From contig CAVRQT010000001.1 of assembly GCA_963723515.1 (NCBI GenBank), forward strand, positions 1 through 64,000: DNA of 64,000 bases, written 5' to 3'. Shown here one piece after another: positions 1 through 9,696 of the stretch. Under the pieces are notes generated by a model. The model ran no database searches and had not been told where the DNA came from. It was given only the letters and a program-made list of their open reading frames with translations. The translations under genes were made by a program, and so were the position numbers. Each line of letters begins with the position of its first letter. The stretch's first letter is position 1. This stretch comes from Vulcanimicrobiota bacterium (GTDB lineage: Bacteria > Vulcanimicrobiota > Vulcanimicrobiia > Vulcanimicrobiales > Vulcanimicrobiaceae).

Positions 1-1112
1 CTCTTCGTTGACGTGGGTGTAGATCTGCATCGTGGTCGATATGTGCGCGTGGCCGAGGATGATCTGAGCGTCGCGGGCAGGCACATTGAGCCGCTTGAGT
101 AGTGACGCAGTGGTGTGCCGCAGGTGATGAACCTTGATCACCCGAATCTTGTGGCGCTCGCAGATGCGCCGGAAGGAGCGGGCCAAGTTGCGCGGCTCGA
201 CCGGCAGGCCGCTGCGGGTGGTGAAGACCAGGCCAGTGTCGGTCCAGGCGCGCCCGAATACCTCGCGGTCAACTGCTTGCTGCTCCCTGCGCAGGAGCAA
301 TGCGGTGCGGACCAGTGCGGGAATGGGCAGGTCGCGCTGCCCGGCGCGGGTCTTGACTGGGCCCTGGTGCAGGCCGTGGTTGACACGCTGGAGCTGCTGG
401 CGGACCCGGAGGATTCCGGTGTCCAGGTCCACGTCGCGCCAGCGCAATCCGAGGACCTCGCCGCGGCGCATCCCGTAGATGATCAGCAGGATGAAGGCCC
501 GGGTACAGCAGGTCGGTCCTGGCTGCGCGGAGGAAGGCCAGGGTTTCCTTGACCGACCAAGGATGCACATCGCCGGGTCCCAGGCCGGAAGCTCGGTCAG
601 CTTGGCGACGTTGCGAGTCAGGAGTTCCTCGCGGACGGCCCGAGACAATGCGGCGCTGAGGACTTGGCGCATCATGATGTACGTCGCGGATCGAGTGCGG
701 CTCGCCCAGCTTGGCGTTCAGGAATGCCTCGACGATCGGAACCGACAAGCGGCGCAGCCGGTGATGGCCCAGGCCGGGCTTGAAATATAGCCGGATGATC
801 GTCTCGTACAGGGCGTAGGTGGCTGGACGTCGGCTGGCCTTGACCACAGTCTCCAGCCAGTAGTCCAGATAAGGGCCGACCTTCATCAACTCGGCGGCAA
901 CCGGAATGCCGCGTACGATCTTGGACTGCTCCTCGACGAGGCGATCGCAGGCCTACTCCCAGGTGTGCCCGTAAACGTAGACCCGCTTGTAGGTGCCCGC
1001 GGTGGTGGGGGCATAGAACGCGCCAATGTAGCGACGTCCTGCGCGGCCCGGATATGGTTCCCTCGCCGTTGTGGCGCCTGCGGCCTTTGGGCCGGGTTCC
1101 TTCGCCGGGCAT
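1..1112 (-). CDS. int: Tyrosine recombinase/integrase of actinomycete integrative element (frameshifted, runs off window start)
   Basis: N-terminus RRRHNGEGTI (ORF 672..1112) and SAM-like domain YLDYWLETVVK..ATYALYETIIRL (ORF 269..889). My translation of the minus strand at 1-132 gives VHHLRHTTASLL...IILGHAHISTTMQIYTHV, the HxLRH/LGH/Y catalytic motifs. Confidence 0.92.
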
Positions 1113-1300
1113 CAGGCTGCCTCGCTGGCTTCGGCTTCGAGCTGTCGGACGTAGGCGGTCAGCGCGTCGGCGGTGATGAACCGGGCGCGGCCGTCTTTGA
1201 CGGACATGATTCGGCCCGCCCGGATGAGGTCGTAGAGCTTGTCACGGCTCATGCCAAGTGCTTTGGCTGCCTCCTTCGGGCGGTAGAGCAGTTTGTCCAT
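1112..1300 (-). CDS. xis: Excisionase / HTH DNA-binding protein
   Basis: 62 aa, LYRPKEAAKALGMSRDKLYDLIRAG HTH_17-type motif, directly upstream of int. Confidence 0.88.
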   Translation of the reverse strand: MDKLLYRPKEAAKALGMSRDKLYDLIRAGRIMSVKDGRARFITADALTAYVRQLEAEASEAA

Positions 1301-1324
1301 AGGTGATCTCCTTCACGGGTTGGA

Positions 1325-2780
1325 TTAGTTCGTCCAGGTCTCCTCTCGTCCGATGCGTTCGCGTTCGCGAGCCCGGGCGGCTGCGGGCAGGGCGAGGGCG
1401 CGTTCGGCGGTGTTGGCGTGCCCGGTTCCGGCGTACTCCCAGGTAGTGACAGCCAGGACGATGCAGTCGTCAAGGGTCGGCCCCAGGGGTCGAGTTCGCC
1501 GCCGGGATGCCGCTGGGCGCGGCGGTAGTTGATGCGGGCCCGGCGCAGCGCAGTGAAGGTGGTCGAGTAGCGGCGGGACTTGGTGAGGAAATGCCCTCGG
1601 TAGCCGAGGGTATGAGTCCACGGTTGAGCCCGAGTATGGCAGCGGCGGATCCTTGCCGAGTGCCCAGGTGGTGGCGATGAGCTGCTTGTAGTGCTGGTGG
1701 CAGGCCAGGGCGGCGATGTCGGCGGCGGAGCGGACCGGCCGGGCAGGAAGTCCAGGAGCGCTGAGGGTCTTGGTGGCGTACTTGGCGATGTAGTTCGCAA
1801 CTGCCTGAGCAGACAGTGCCTTGCCGGTGCCGGGCAAGCTATCGGCCTGGCGGATGGGCCGGGCATCGGTTTGGGTCCCGAATCGCAGGATGCGCCGCAG
1901 CGAGGGATCATCTGCGGTGACGGCGGCGGTGTCGTAACCCACCGTGGCCACGGTGGGCGGATCGCCAGGTCGAGCAGCTGGGCGGTGTAACGCGGCGGCG
2001 GAGGCTCGTCAGTGTCACCCGTGGAGTCGAGCCGGATGACCACGTGGTAGTGGATGATGCCGCGGTGCTGGTATTCGATACTTGACGAAGCGGACCCGGA
2101 TCTCGCGGCGGAGCTGCCGCTGGGTGATCCCGGCAGCTGGACCAGCTGGCGCGGCAGGTAGATGGCGAACCGGCGCACAGCTCGGGGGCGAGCGCGTTGA
2201 ATAGCACGTGCCCGGAGTAGTCGTAGCAGTCCGGGCACATCGGCGTGCCCAGCCGCGGGTCATCCTCGCAATGGTGACGCGGGCAGGACAGGTCACGGCC
2301 GTGCGGGCAGCGGCGGGGTGGGCGTCGCGGCGGGACGGCAGGCCGGCGGCGGCCGCCGCGGCCGGTGCGGATCGTGTGCACCGGGCCGAACCCGGGGGCG
2401 GTCAGCGCGGCGAAGACGCGGATGGGTGGTGACGGTTTCGGGGATGCCTTCGCCGCCCGACAGCCCGGCTCTGATGATCTCCGGGAGTCGCCCTTGTACA
2501 CCTCAGAGCAGGCCGGGCAGATCTGCTCGCGCCGGTTGCCGCACGGGATGCGGAGCACACCGTCGGGCTCGTTCGCGGTGTCGTAGATGGTTGTTTCTCG
2601 CCGGTCGCCGGTCGATGGCATCGATTCGGCCTGAGGCGCGCCGGGTTGGCGCAGTTGCCGGTCGCGGCGAGTTGCTGCTCCAGCGGGCGAAGTCATCGCC
2701 AGAAGCAAACTCGAGCAGCTCATCGGCGACACCCGCGACTGCGGCCGTGAGGTTGGGGCGGCGGCCGGGACCGTCATCAA
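1325..2780 (-). CDS. repSA: RepSA-type rolling-circle replication initiator (multiple frameshifts; start approximate)
   Basis: Motifs spread over several frames: CGNRREQICPACSEVY, TAPGFGPVH, PMCPDCYDY, EYQHRGIIHYH (HUH), YIAKYATK, LGYRGHFLTKSRRYSTTF. Confidence 0.88.
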
Positions 2781-3547
2781 ACGACGGCCACCGGGAACAC
2801 TAGTGCGCGCAGCAGATGCACAGCGGTTCTTCACCGTTGGCAGGCATGCCACGATTTCCCTCATGCGTGCAGGCTCGCGCGTGATAGCAGCGATAAGGGT
2901 GCCCAGGGTGCGAGGGACACCGAACCGGCACCTGCGCAGACTGCGCGGCGGGCCAGCTCCTTTCAGAGCGCGCCGTCCCTGCCGCCAGGGTGATCAGATC
3001 GCGCCGCCATCAATGGGCATCAGCCCGGCGGCCCGGCAATACGGCGCAGGCGGATCCTCAGGTTGAGTGCCACGATCGGCCAGCTGAGAATGACCTCACC
3101 GGTGGGACGGCCCGCCGCGCTCCAGAGTCCCACGTCCCAGACCACGCCCGTGTGAAATGCTTTTGGGAGCGGCCCAGCAGGAGATACGGTCGCGCCAAAC
3201 ACCAAGTCGGCGCCGTGTTGACGCCGGGTTTTGTCCGTTGGCAGCGGCGCAGATTTGCTCGTTCGGTGCGCTGAGCGGATAGGCCGATACGGGGGTGGTG
3301 ATTCTCGATTGCGCTGGTGTGCGGGGTGATCCGTGAGACCGGGCTGGCGGGCTTGTCCGGCGGCGGCGAGCGTTTTGCGTGCCGGGGCGGCTGCACCGGG
3401 CGGGTGTCGGCTCGGCGCATCATGGTCTCGAACGGATGCGGGCTGAGTTCAAGGAGGTCACCGCCTGCTTAGGCGGCGCCGGTATCTGCCCAGTCCGAGC
3501 AGGGCCGCTGGCTGGCCAGCCTGGTGCGCGGTCAGGCCAGATGCCGT

Positions 3548-4210
3548 TCAGCCGGAGGAGCCGGGATCCGGTATCCGGCGCTCGGTACGGTCTCGATGAC
3601 CGGTGGCCCTCCGAGCTTGCGGCGGGGCCAGGCTCATGGTGACCGAGACGGTGGCGGTGAACGGGTCGGCGTGCTCGTCCCAGGCCTGTCCAGAAGGTCT
3701 TCGGCGCTGAGGACAGCGTGATCGGCTCGCATGAGCGCTTCGAGCACCGCGAACTCCTTGCCGGAGAGGTGAAGTTGCCGCCCGTCGCGGTGGGCGGTAT
3801 GGCGCAGCGGATCGAGTTCGAGCCGGCCGCGCGGAAGAGTGGGACCTGGCCGCGGGCTGCCGGCGGGCGAGAGCGAGGATCCTGAGCACCAGTTCGGGGA
3901 AGTGGAAGGGCTTGGCCAGGTAGTCGTCGGCGCCGAGGCTGAGGCCGCTGACGCGGTCGTCGGGGGAACCGGACGCGGTCAGCATGAGCACCATGATGGC
4001 CTTGCCGCTGCTGGCGATCATGCGGCGGGTGACACCGTGCACCCCGGGCAGGTCGCGGTCGAGGACGACGACGTCGTAGGCGTTGATGTCGAGCTTGTCC
4101 GCCGCGTCCTGGCCCTGGTAGGCCACGTCGACGGCCATGCCACGATCCCGCAGGCCCTCGGCGATGCCATCGGCCAGGCTCCGGGTGTCCTCCACGACCA
4201 GCACCCTCAC
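3548..4210 (-). CDS. OmpR-family response regulator, CutR-like (frameshifted)
   Basis: VRVLVVED..LADGIAEGLR..YDVVVLDRDLPGVHG..MLTASG..GADDYLAKPF..AWDEHADPFT. Confidence 0.88.
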   Translation of the reverse strand: MRVLVVEDTRSLADGIAEGLRDRGMAVDVAYQGQDAADKLDINAYDVVVLDRDLPGVHGVTRRMIASSGKAIMVLMLTASGSPDDRVSGLSLGADDYLAKPFHFPELVLRILALARRQPAARSHSSARPARTRSAAPYRPPRRAATSPLRQGVRGARSAHASRSRCPQRRRPSGQAWDEHADPFTATVSVTMSLAPPQARRATGHRDRTERRIPDPGSSG

Positions 4211-5400
4211 GCCGGGGCTCCCGCGACGGCTCGACCAGGGGAAGCTCGATGACTGCCTGGAAGCCGCCTCCGGCGAGGGCGTGCAGTTCCAGGCCGCCGC
4301 CGTGCATCTCGGCAATGGGAGCACGATCGACAGCCCCAGGCCGCTGCCGGTGTCCGAGCCGGTCCGTTCGGTGCCAAGCCGCCGGAACGGCTCGGCCAGT
4401 GCCTGGACGTCATGCTCGTCTAGCACCGGGCCGCCGTTTTCGACTACCAGGCGGGCGGCGGCGCCTGCGACGCCGGTGCTGATGCGAACCCAGCCGCCCG
4501 GCGTGTGTGGGTGATGGCGGGTCGACCACGTTGCCGACCATGCGGGCGAGGAACGGCTCGCTGCCGGTGACCCGCGCCGCGGGGCACTGCTGATGGCGGA
4601 CGTCCAGGCTCTTGCCGGAGATGAGCGTGGCGCGCTCCGTGGTGGCGGCGGAAACAATAGTGTGAGCGGAAGGGTCGAACTGCTGGCGGCCGAGTGCTGC
4701 TGAGCGCGGGCGAGGATAGGAGGCCATCGAGAAGCCGGCGACGTGATAGAGTCGTGGCGCAGCGGCTCCCCGAGGTCGGCCACGTGCGGCGGCGCGGGCC
4801 CCGGCTTGGCCAGCGCGATCGATCCAGACCCGCATGGTGGGGCGTCGCGAGGTCCGTGCGAGGCGTTGGCGATGAATTGGCGCTGGATGGAACAACCGGT
4901 CCAGGCGGCCGAGCAGGTCGTGGAAGGAGTATGCCAGTTGCTTGAGCTCGTCGCCGGGGCCGCTGAGGTTGAGCCGTTCGTGCAGGCTGGTGGCTGAGAT
5001 GTTCCGGGCGGCCGTCGTCATCGCGCGCAGCGGCCGCAGCAGGCGCCCGGCCACCAGCCAACCGGCAGCGATAGCCGGGACCACCATGATCACCAGGGCG
5101 ATCCCGGACACGATGAGGAGCTGATGCAGGTCGAAGCTGTGCTGCACCGCCGATACCGATACCAGTGGTGCTGGCCAGCGGATTGGTCGGCAAGCCATGG
5201 CGACTTGCGCGCTGCCGAGCCGGACGAGCTTTCCGAGATGGTCGTCGTCCCCTGCCACAGCCCGACCGTCACAGCCAGCAGGGAAGCCGAGTAACGACGA
5301 ACACCCCCCAGCAGGCAAAGGCCACACGCACCCCAGGCTGCGTCGCGGCGATGCCAGCCACGGCCGCGGCCGGTAAGTGGTGGACCAAGCCGCACCAGCA
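4207..5400 (-). CDS. Sensor histidine kinase with HAMP domain, CutS-like (frameshifted; start approximate)
   Basis: TM followed by GWLVAGRLLRPLRAMTTAARNIS..GPGDELKQLA (HAMP); ATPase segment VENGGPVL..EPFRRLG..GSGLGLSIV. Confidence 0.8.
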
Positions 5401-5593
5401 TCCCCTCTGCCAGGCCACCGGACGCACCGTAGTGACGGTAACCCTCCAATGATGCCTCTTCCGGCCTTACAGCGGCGCGAGGACGCCGTTGGGCCGCTGG
5501 AAGAGCCCCCGGCGTAAAACGGCTCTCGAGACGGTTCCGCTGCAGAGAGGGGCAGCGCCATGCAAACGAAGAGAGGCACTGAAGGGGGCGCTT

Positions 5594-6265
5594 GGCGGCG
5601 ATGATTTGGCTTTTGCCGCAGTACGCAACACATTCGCGCTCGACGCCGACTTTGTTGGCAGCGATGAACGGCAGCGCGTTTTCGCGGGCGCGTACCTGCG
5701 CTAAGAGGTCGGCCTGCGCGTTCTCAAACTCGTTGGGATTTCTGCCGCTCGTCACCCAGGCCGTCGGCATGACGAGCATCTCGGCGCCGCGATCCGCAAG
5801 CGCACGAGCAATCGTCGGAATACGTCCATCGGCGCAAATGAGAACGCCGACCTTCCCCACAGACGTCGCGACCGGTGCCTCGACCAAGCCCGCGCTGAAC
5901 CAGCGGTGATCGAAGTGCCAAAGGAAGCATTTGTCGGCGTAGCCGGCAACGCTTCCATCCGAATCAACAACGTAGGCACTGTTGTATTGCTCGTCTGCGG
6001 TTCTGCGCACGGAGCCATACACGATAACGGTTTGCGTCGAGCGTGCGAGCGATTGCACGTCGTCAAGCGCAGCTTGCAAGAGCTCGCCCTCCACGGGCTC
6101 ATCTCCGATGACGTAAGCAGGAACCGTTCCTTCCGGCAACACGATGAGTTGCGCGCGCTCAGCGGCCTCGCGAATCCGCGTACAAATCTGCGGCCAGCGT
6201 TGCAGGAACGCGCTGCGGTCGTGCGCCTGCAGCTGGATGCTCGCAACCGTAATTTTCCGCGGCAC
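5594..6265 (-). CDS. Carbon-nitrogen hydrolase (nitrilase superfamily), truncated at the 3' end by a junction
   Basis: E-K-C triad motifs VLPEG, ADKCFL, LICADG and ANKVG..CGKSQII. Family resemblance stops at about 5594. Confidence 0.85.
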
Positions 6266-6353
6266 TCGTCGGAACTCTCTGCACGCGCGCACTCGTTCCC
6301 TTTGTCGGTGCGACGAGGTGAACGACCACTATAAGGCGGAATCATCGCCCTTC

Positions 6354-7247
6354 GTGAAACGAGTTTTCGCAACGCTGTGGGCCGCATCACTTGCAGCCGG
6401 AATCTTCGGCGGTGCACGCGCCGCCGCACCGAAATCCGCAGCCTCAAATCATCAGAACCAAAACACATCGCAATCCGGAGTTTGTGCGCATCCTGCGAGC
6501 AAGTACGAAAAAGCAATGTGCTCCAGCTTCACCCACTCAGCGCCGGGCGATGAATATTTTGGCCGAATGAAGCTGAGTTATCTCGGCATCAACAACACCT
6601 TTCGGGATGAAGCGGTACGCGCGGGCGCTTACACAAGCGATCCCGGAATCATCAGTCGAGTTGAGTTTGCCGACGAAGCCTTAAAGGCGTGGTCGAACAA
6701 GTATCCAGGCGATCCGCAATTGCCGCGCTCGTATTTCTTAGGCATCCAAGTAATGCGCAAGATCTACACGCAGCCGATGCAAGACCGGGCGTGGCAGATC
6801 ATGCAAACGTTGACGAAAAATTTTCCGAGCACGTACTTCGGAAAGCTCATCGCCAACTCACTGAAGGTCGGTTTTACGGAACATTATTTCGCAGTTCCGC
6901 AGCCATGCCCGACGGCGGTACCGACGCTTCCGCCAGGCGTTCGCAGAACGCCGGCGCCGCCGCCGACGCCGGTACCGACGCTGCCCCCGCCGACTCCGAC
7001 GCCTGCGCCGGGAGCGCCGAAGGTCGTCGTGCTGACTCCGCCGTGCGTGATCGCGACGCCGTCGCCGTCACCGACCGTGGCACCGAGTGCCGCTCCGTCG
7101 AACTGGCCGCTACCGGCCGCACCGCCTGCAGCGCCGCGCGGAAGCGCTCTGCCGCAGCCGACGCCGTCCGGAGCGCTCGCACCGCGGCCGACGCCGACAC
7201 CGTTCCTGATTCCGCAACCGGCGGCGCGGCCGACAAGACGCCCGTAA
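6354..7247 (+). CDS. Secreted hypothetical protein with helical domain and Pro-rich C-terminal tail
   Basis: GTG start, signal-peptide-like MKRVFATLWAASLAAG, globular APGDEYFGRMKLSYLGINN domain, then PTP-rich tail. Confidence 0.75.
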   Translation: MKRVFATLWAASLAAGIFGGARAAAPKSAASNHQNQNTSQSGVCAHPASKYEKAMCSSFTHSAPGDEYFGRMKLSYLGINNTFRDEAVRAGAYTSDPGIISRVEFADEALKAWSNKYPGDPQLPRSYFLGIQVMRKIYTQPMQDRAWQIMQTLTKNFPSTYFGKLIANSLKVGFTEHYFAVPQPCPTAVPTLPPGVRRTPAPPPTPVPTLPPPTPTPAPGAPKVVVLTPPCVIATPSPSPTVAPSAAPSNWPLPAAPPAAPRGSALPQPTPSGALAPRPTPTPFLIPQPAARPTRRP

Positions 7248-7252
7248 ACGAA

Positions 7253-7284
7253 AACGAGCTCCGGAAATTCTTCCGGAGCTCGTT
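7253..7284. terminator. Probable bidirectional intrinsic terminator
   Basis: Perfect 14-bp inverted repeat aacgagctccggaa-attc-ttccggagctcgtt between convergent genes, flanked by A-rich and T-rich runs. Confidence 0.8.
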
Positions 7285-7321
7285 CTTTAACCGCCGCTCT
7301 TACGAGAAGAGCGTTAGTTTC

Positions 7322-8758
7322 TTAGAAGTGTAGACCCAGACCGACGTACCCACCGTTGTGCGTGAAGTCAATGGGTGCGTTCGATCGGTTGTATCCACGA
7401 TCGCCGAGGAACCCGAAGTCCAGGTACAGCGGCGACTGACCGAAGTTGAACGTTCCACCGATTTCGTACGACAACACGTTGTACGAGAGGGTGAACGGTC
7501 CGGTCGGACAGACGTCGGTTCCGCACGTTCCTTGTACGTTGAAGTAGTAATACGCGCTTCCGTAGATCGAGAACGGCTGATCGAGGTCCGGCAATTTCTC
7601 AATGCCGGGGCCCCAACCGTTCAAGTGCGGGTAGCCGTAATTACCGCTCCGGTACATGTAACCGACACCGAGGTAGATGCGCGGCTGCAGCACTCGCAAG
7701 CCGAGCTTTCCTTGGAAGTCGTAATCGCGCGCGGTGAACGCTGGTACGAATAGGTTCGATTGTCCGCCGATGATCGTGACGCAACCCAGATCGCCGACCG
7801 GCGCATGACCGCTGAGGCCGTCGCACGGTAAGCCGGTTGTCGTCATCGGATCGTAGTTACCGCCCGTGCATCCAGGAGTCGGTTTGGGCGGTACGCCCGG
7901 CGGCGGCACGAAGCCCGCAGGCACCGTGCAAGCGACGGTCGGTACGCCTTGCGTATGCGGGTAGTTCCATTGACGGTAGTCGCCTTCAAGCATCCAGGGA
8001 AGGTTGAAGAGCGAGAACTCAATGCCCGCGCGCGCGGTCCACGAGAATCCGCCGTTGGTATTGTTGCCTGTGTTTCCGGGGCTGAACTCGTTGTACACCT
8101 TCGGACTGAAGATGTAGTCACCAACGATGAACTTGTCCATGTACGGTGCAGGCACCGGTGTCGGCGTTGGAGCCGGCGGGGGCGGCGGAGGCGGCGGTGC
8201 CGGCGGCGCTGCTGGAATGTAGCGCACGACGACGAGCCGTTTCTCCGGTACCCATTGGACATAGGCGCCCATGCCTTCGGAAATCACGCGCACCGGCACG
8301 ACGACGTGTCCCTGATAGATTTCAGGCGGCACATCGAGCGGCCGGGTCTCCCCGTTGATGACGACTTCCGGTTTGCCGACGGTCACTTTGACGTCGGATC
8401 CCGGCTTGCTGACATCGACGGTTTTATTGGCGGGATTGTAAGACACCGTTGCGCCCATCTGTTCGAACATCGAGCGCAGCGGAATGAGGATCGTGCCCCC
8501 GCGCACGAGCGCGGCTAAGACACGGCCCTGTTTGAGCTTGTCGGGTTTGGCGTAGACGTGATGGTCGTTGTAGAGAATTGGAATCTGCCCCGACGGCGGT
8601 GAACCGAAGTTCATCGGCGGCGGAGCCGGGGCTGGGCTGGCCTGAGCAATCGCGTTGGTTCCAATGTTGCCATGCGAATGCCCCGGAGCCGCAGCCACGG
8701 TAAGCCCCATGCCGGCTGCTAACAGCACGGCGAGGACTCCGGTGCTCAGTCGTTTCAA
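7322..8758 (-). CDS. Secreted copper-amine-oxidase N-terminal (stalk) domain protein with probable C-terminal outer-membrane beta-barrel
   Basis: Signal peptide; LIPLRSMFEQMGATVSY and VVPVRVISEGMGAYVQW stalk motifs; poly-Pro linker; alternating aromatic strands ending GGYVGLGLHF; AGGAGG RBS. Confidence 0.8.
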   Translation of the reverse strand: MKRLSTGVLAVLLAAGMGLTVAAAPGHSHGNIGTNAIAQASPAPAPPPMNFGSPPSGQIPILYNDHHVYAKPDKLKQGRVLAALVRGGTILIPLRSMFEQMGATVSYNPANKTVDVSKPGSDVKVTVGKPEVVINGETRPLDVPPEIYQGHVVVPVRVISEGMGAYVQWVPEKRLVVVRYIPAAPPAPPPPPPPPAPTPTPVPAPYMDKFIVGDYIFSPKVYNEFSPGNTGNNTNGGFSWTARAGIEFSLFNLPWMLEGDYRQWNYPHTQGVPTVACTVPAGFVPPPGVPPKPTPGCTGGNYDPMTTTGLPCDGLSGHAPVGDLGCVTIIGGQSNLFVPAFTARDYDFQGKLGLRVLQPRIYLGVGYMYRSGNYGYPHLNGWGPGIEKLPDLDQPFSIYGSAYYYFNVQGTCGTDVCPTGPFTLSYNVLSYEIGGTFNFGQSPLYLDFGFLGDRGYNRSNAPIDFTHNGGYVGLGLHF

Positions 8759-8967
8759 TTTTCCCTCCTAGCTAGAGTGAAACATGACTGCAGGTCGTTT
8801 TTCGTGCAGAAGCGAGCACGGCGGCCAATGGCCATCCCTGCTCGGGCTACCCGAAAACCGAACCTTACTTCGTTCCTCCTTCGGGAGGCGCGGATTGCCC
8901 CCCTTGAAGTGTAACCCGAGCCGTCAAACATCTTTGCACGTTTTTCGGCTCGCAGAAGTAACGTAAA

Positions 8968-9363
8968 TTACGTCATTTTGTCTTCGAGCTTGGCAATAAA
9001 TTTCGCGCGTTCGATGATGTATCGTTCGTGCGTGCCTTCGGCGACGTTCTCTTGTTCATCGAAGACCTGCACCGCGAACATGACGCGCGGCCCGTCGATC
9101 TGAACGACCTCGACTTCAGTACGTACGATGAATCCGACCGGAACGGGTTTGCGATGCTCGAGGTCGATATGGGTTGCAACCGTCAGTTGGTCGCCGGTAA
9201 GGATTGGCGCGATGCAATGCATCGCCGCATCTTCGATCATCTGCATCAGCATCGGCGTGGAGAGGACGTCGGCGCCTTTATTGCCGGCCTTCTCTGCGGT
9301 CATCCACTCTTCGACCCTCGTCTGGCTACCGTACGTGCGGCCGATGTCGAGTTTCGCGCCCAT
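8968..9363 (-). CDS. Hotdog-fold thioesterase (FlK-like)
   Basis: VLSTPMLMQMIEDAA..TVATHIDLEH..PVPVG..VAEGTHERYII. Confidence 0.85.
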   Translation of the reverse strand: MGAKLDIGRTYGSQTRVEEWMTAEKAGNKGADVLSTPMLMQMIEDAAMHCIAPILTGDQLTVATHIDLEHRKPVPVGFIVRTEVEVVQIDGPRVMFAVQVFDEQENVAEGTHERYIIERAKFIAKLEDKMT

Positions 9364-9696
9364 GCCACCGGAGAATACAACGCCCGCCTGCATGCTCCAT
9401 TTTGTAGCGTCGCACTGCGCGCAACGCTTGGCGTTCGGCGAGCTTCCGTCACGATGCGACAGAAACTCGCCTCCACCGCCCCCGTCCAAATTCGCGGACG
9501 GGTCCCCTACAACGCACTACGCGCGATTGCTTGGCGCGGCGGACCACCGTTGAAACGCGCTGCGGCGCGGGCGGCCCGAAATCGAGCGGCTCTCTGCCGT
9601 TACTCAGCAAAATCTGCAAGGCTTCTTGCAGCCCTATGAATCAAAACGGGGTTGGCAACGTAATAGGTGGTGAGCACGTTTTTGGCAAGGAGTAGT

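Larger units (their letters stand above)
1..2900 (-). mobile_element. Actinomycete integrative and conjugative element (AICE) core, repSA-xis-int
   Basis: Same gene order as pSAM2. No att site is visible; it would lie beyond position 1. Right boundary uncertain. Confidence 0.75.

Noticed and set aside
3548..5400. vanRS glycopeptide resistance locus
   Set aside because: The regulator motifs look closer to CutR, and no vanHAX genes are present.
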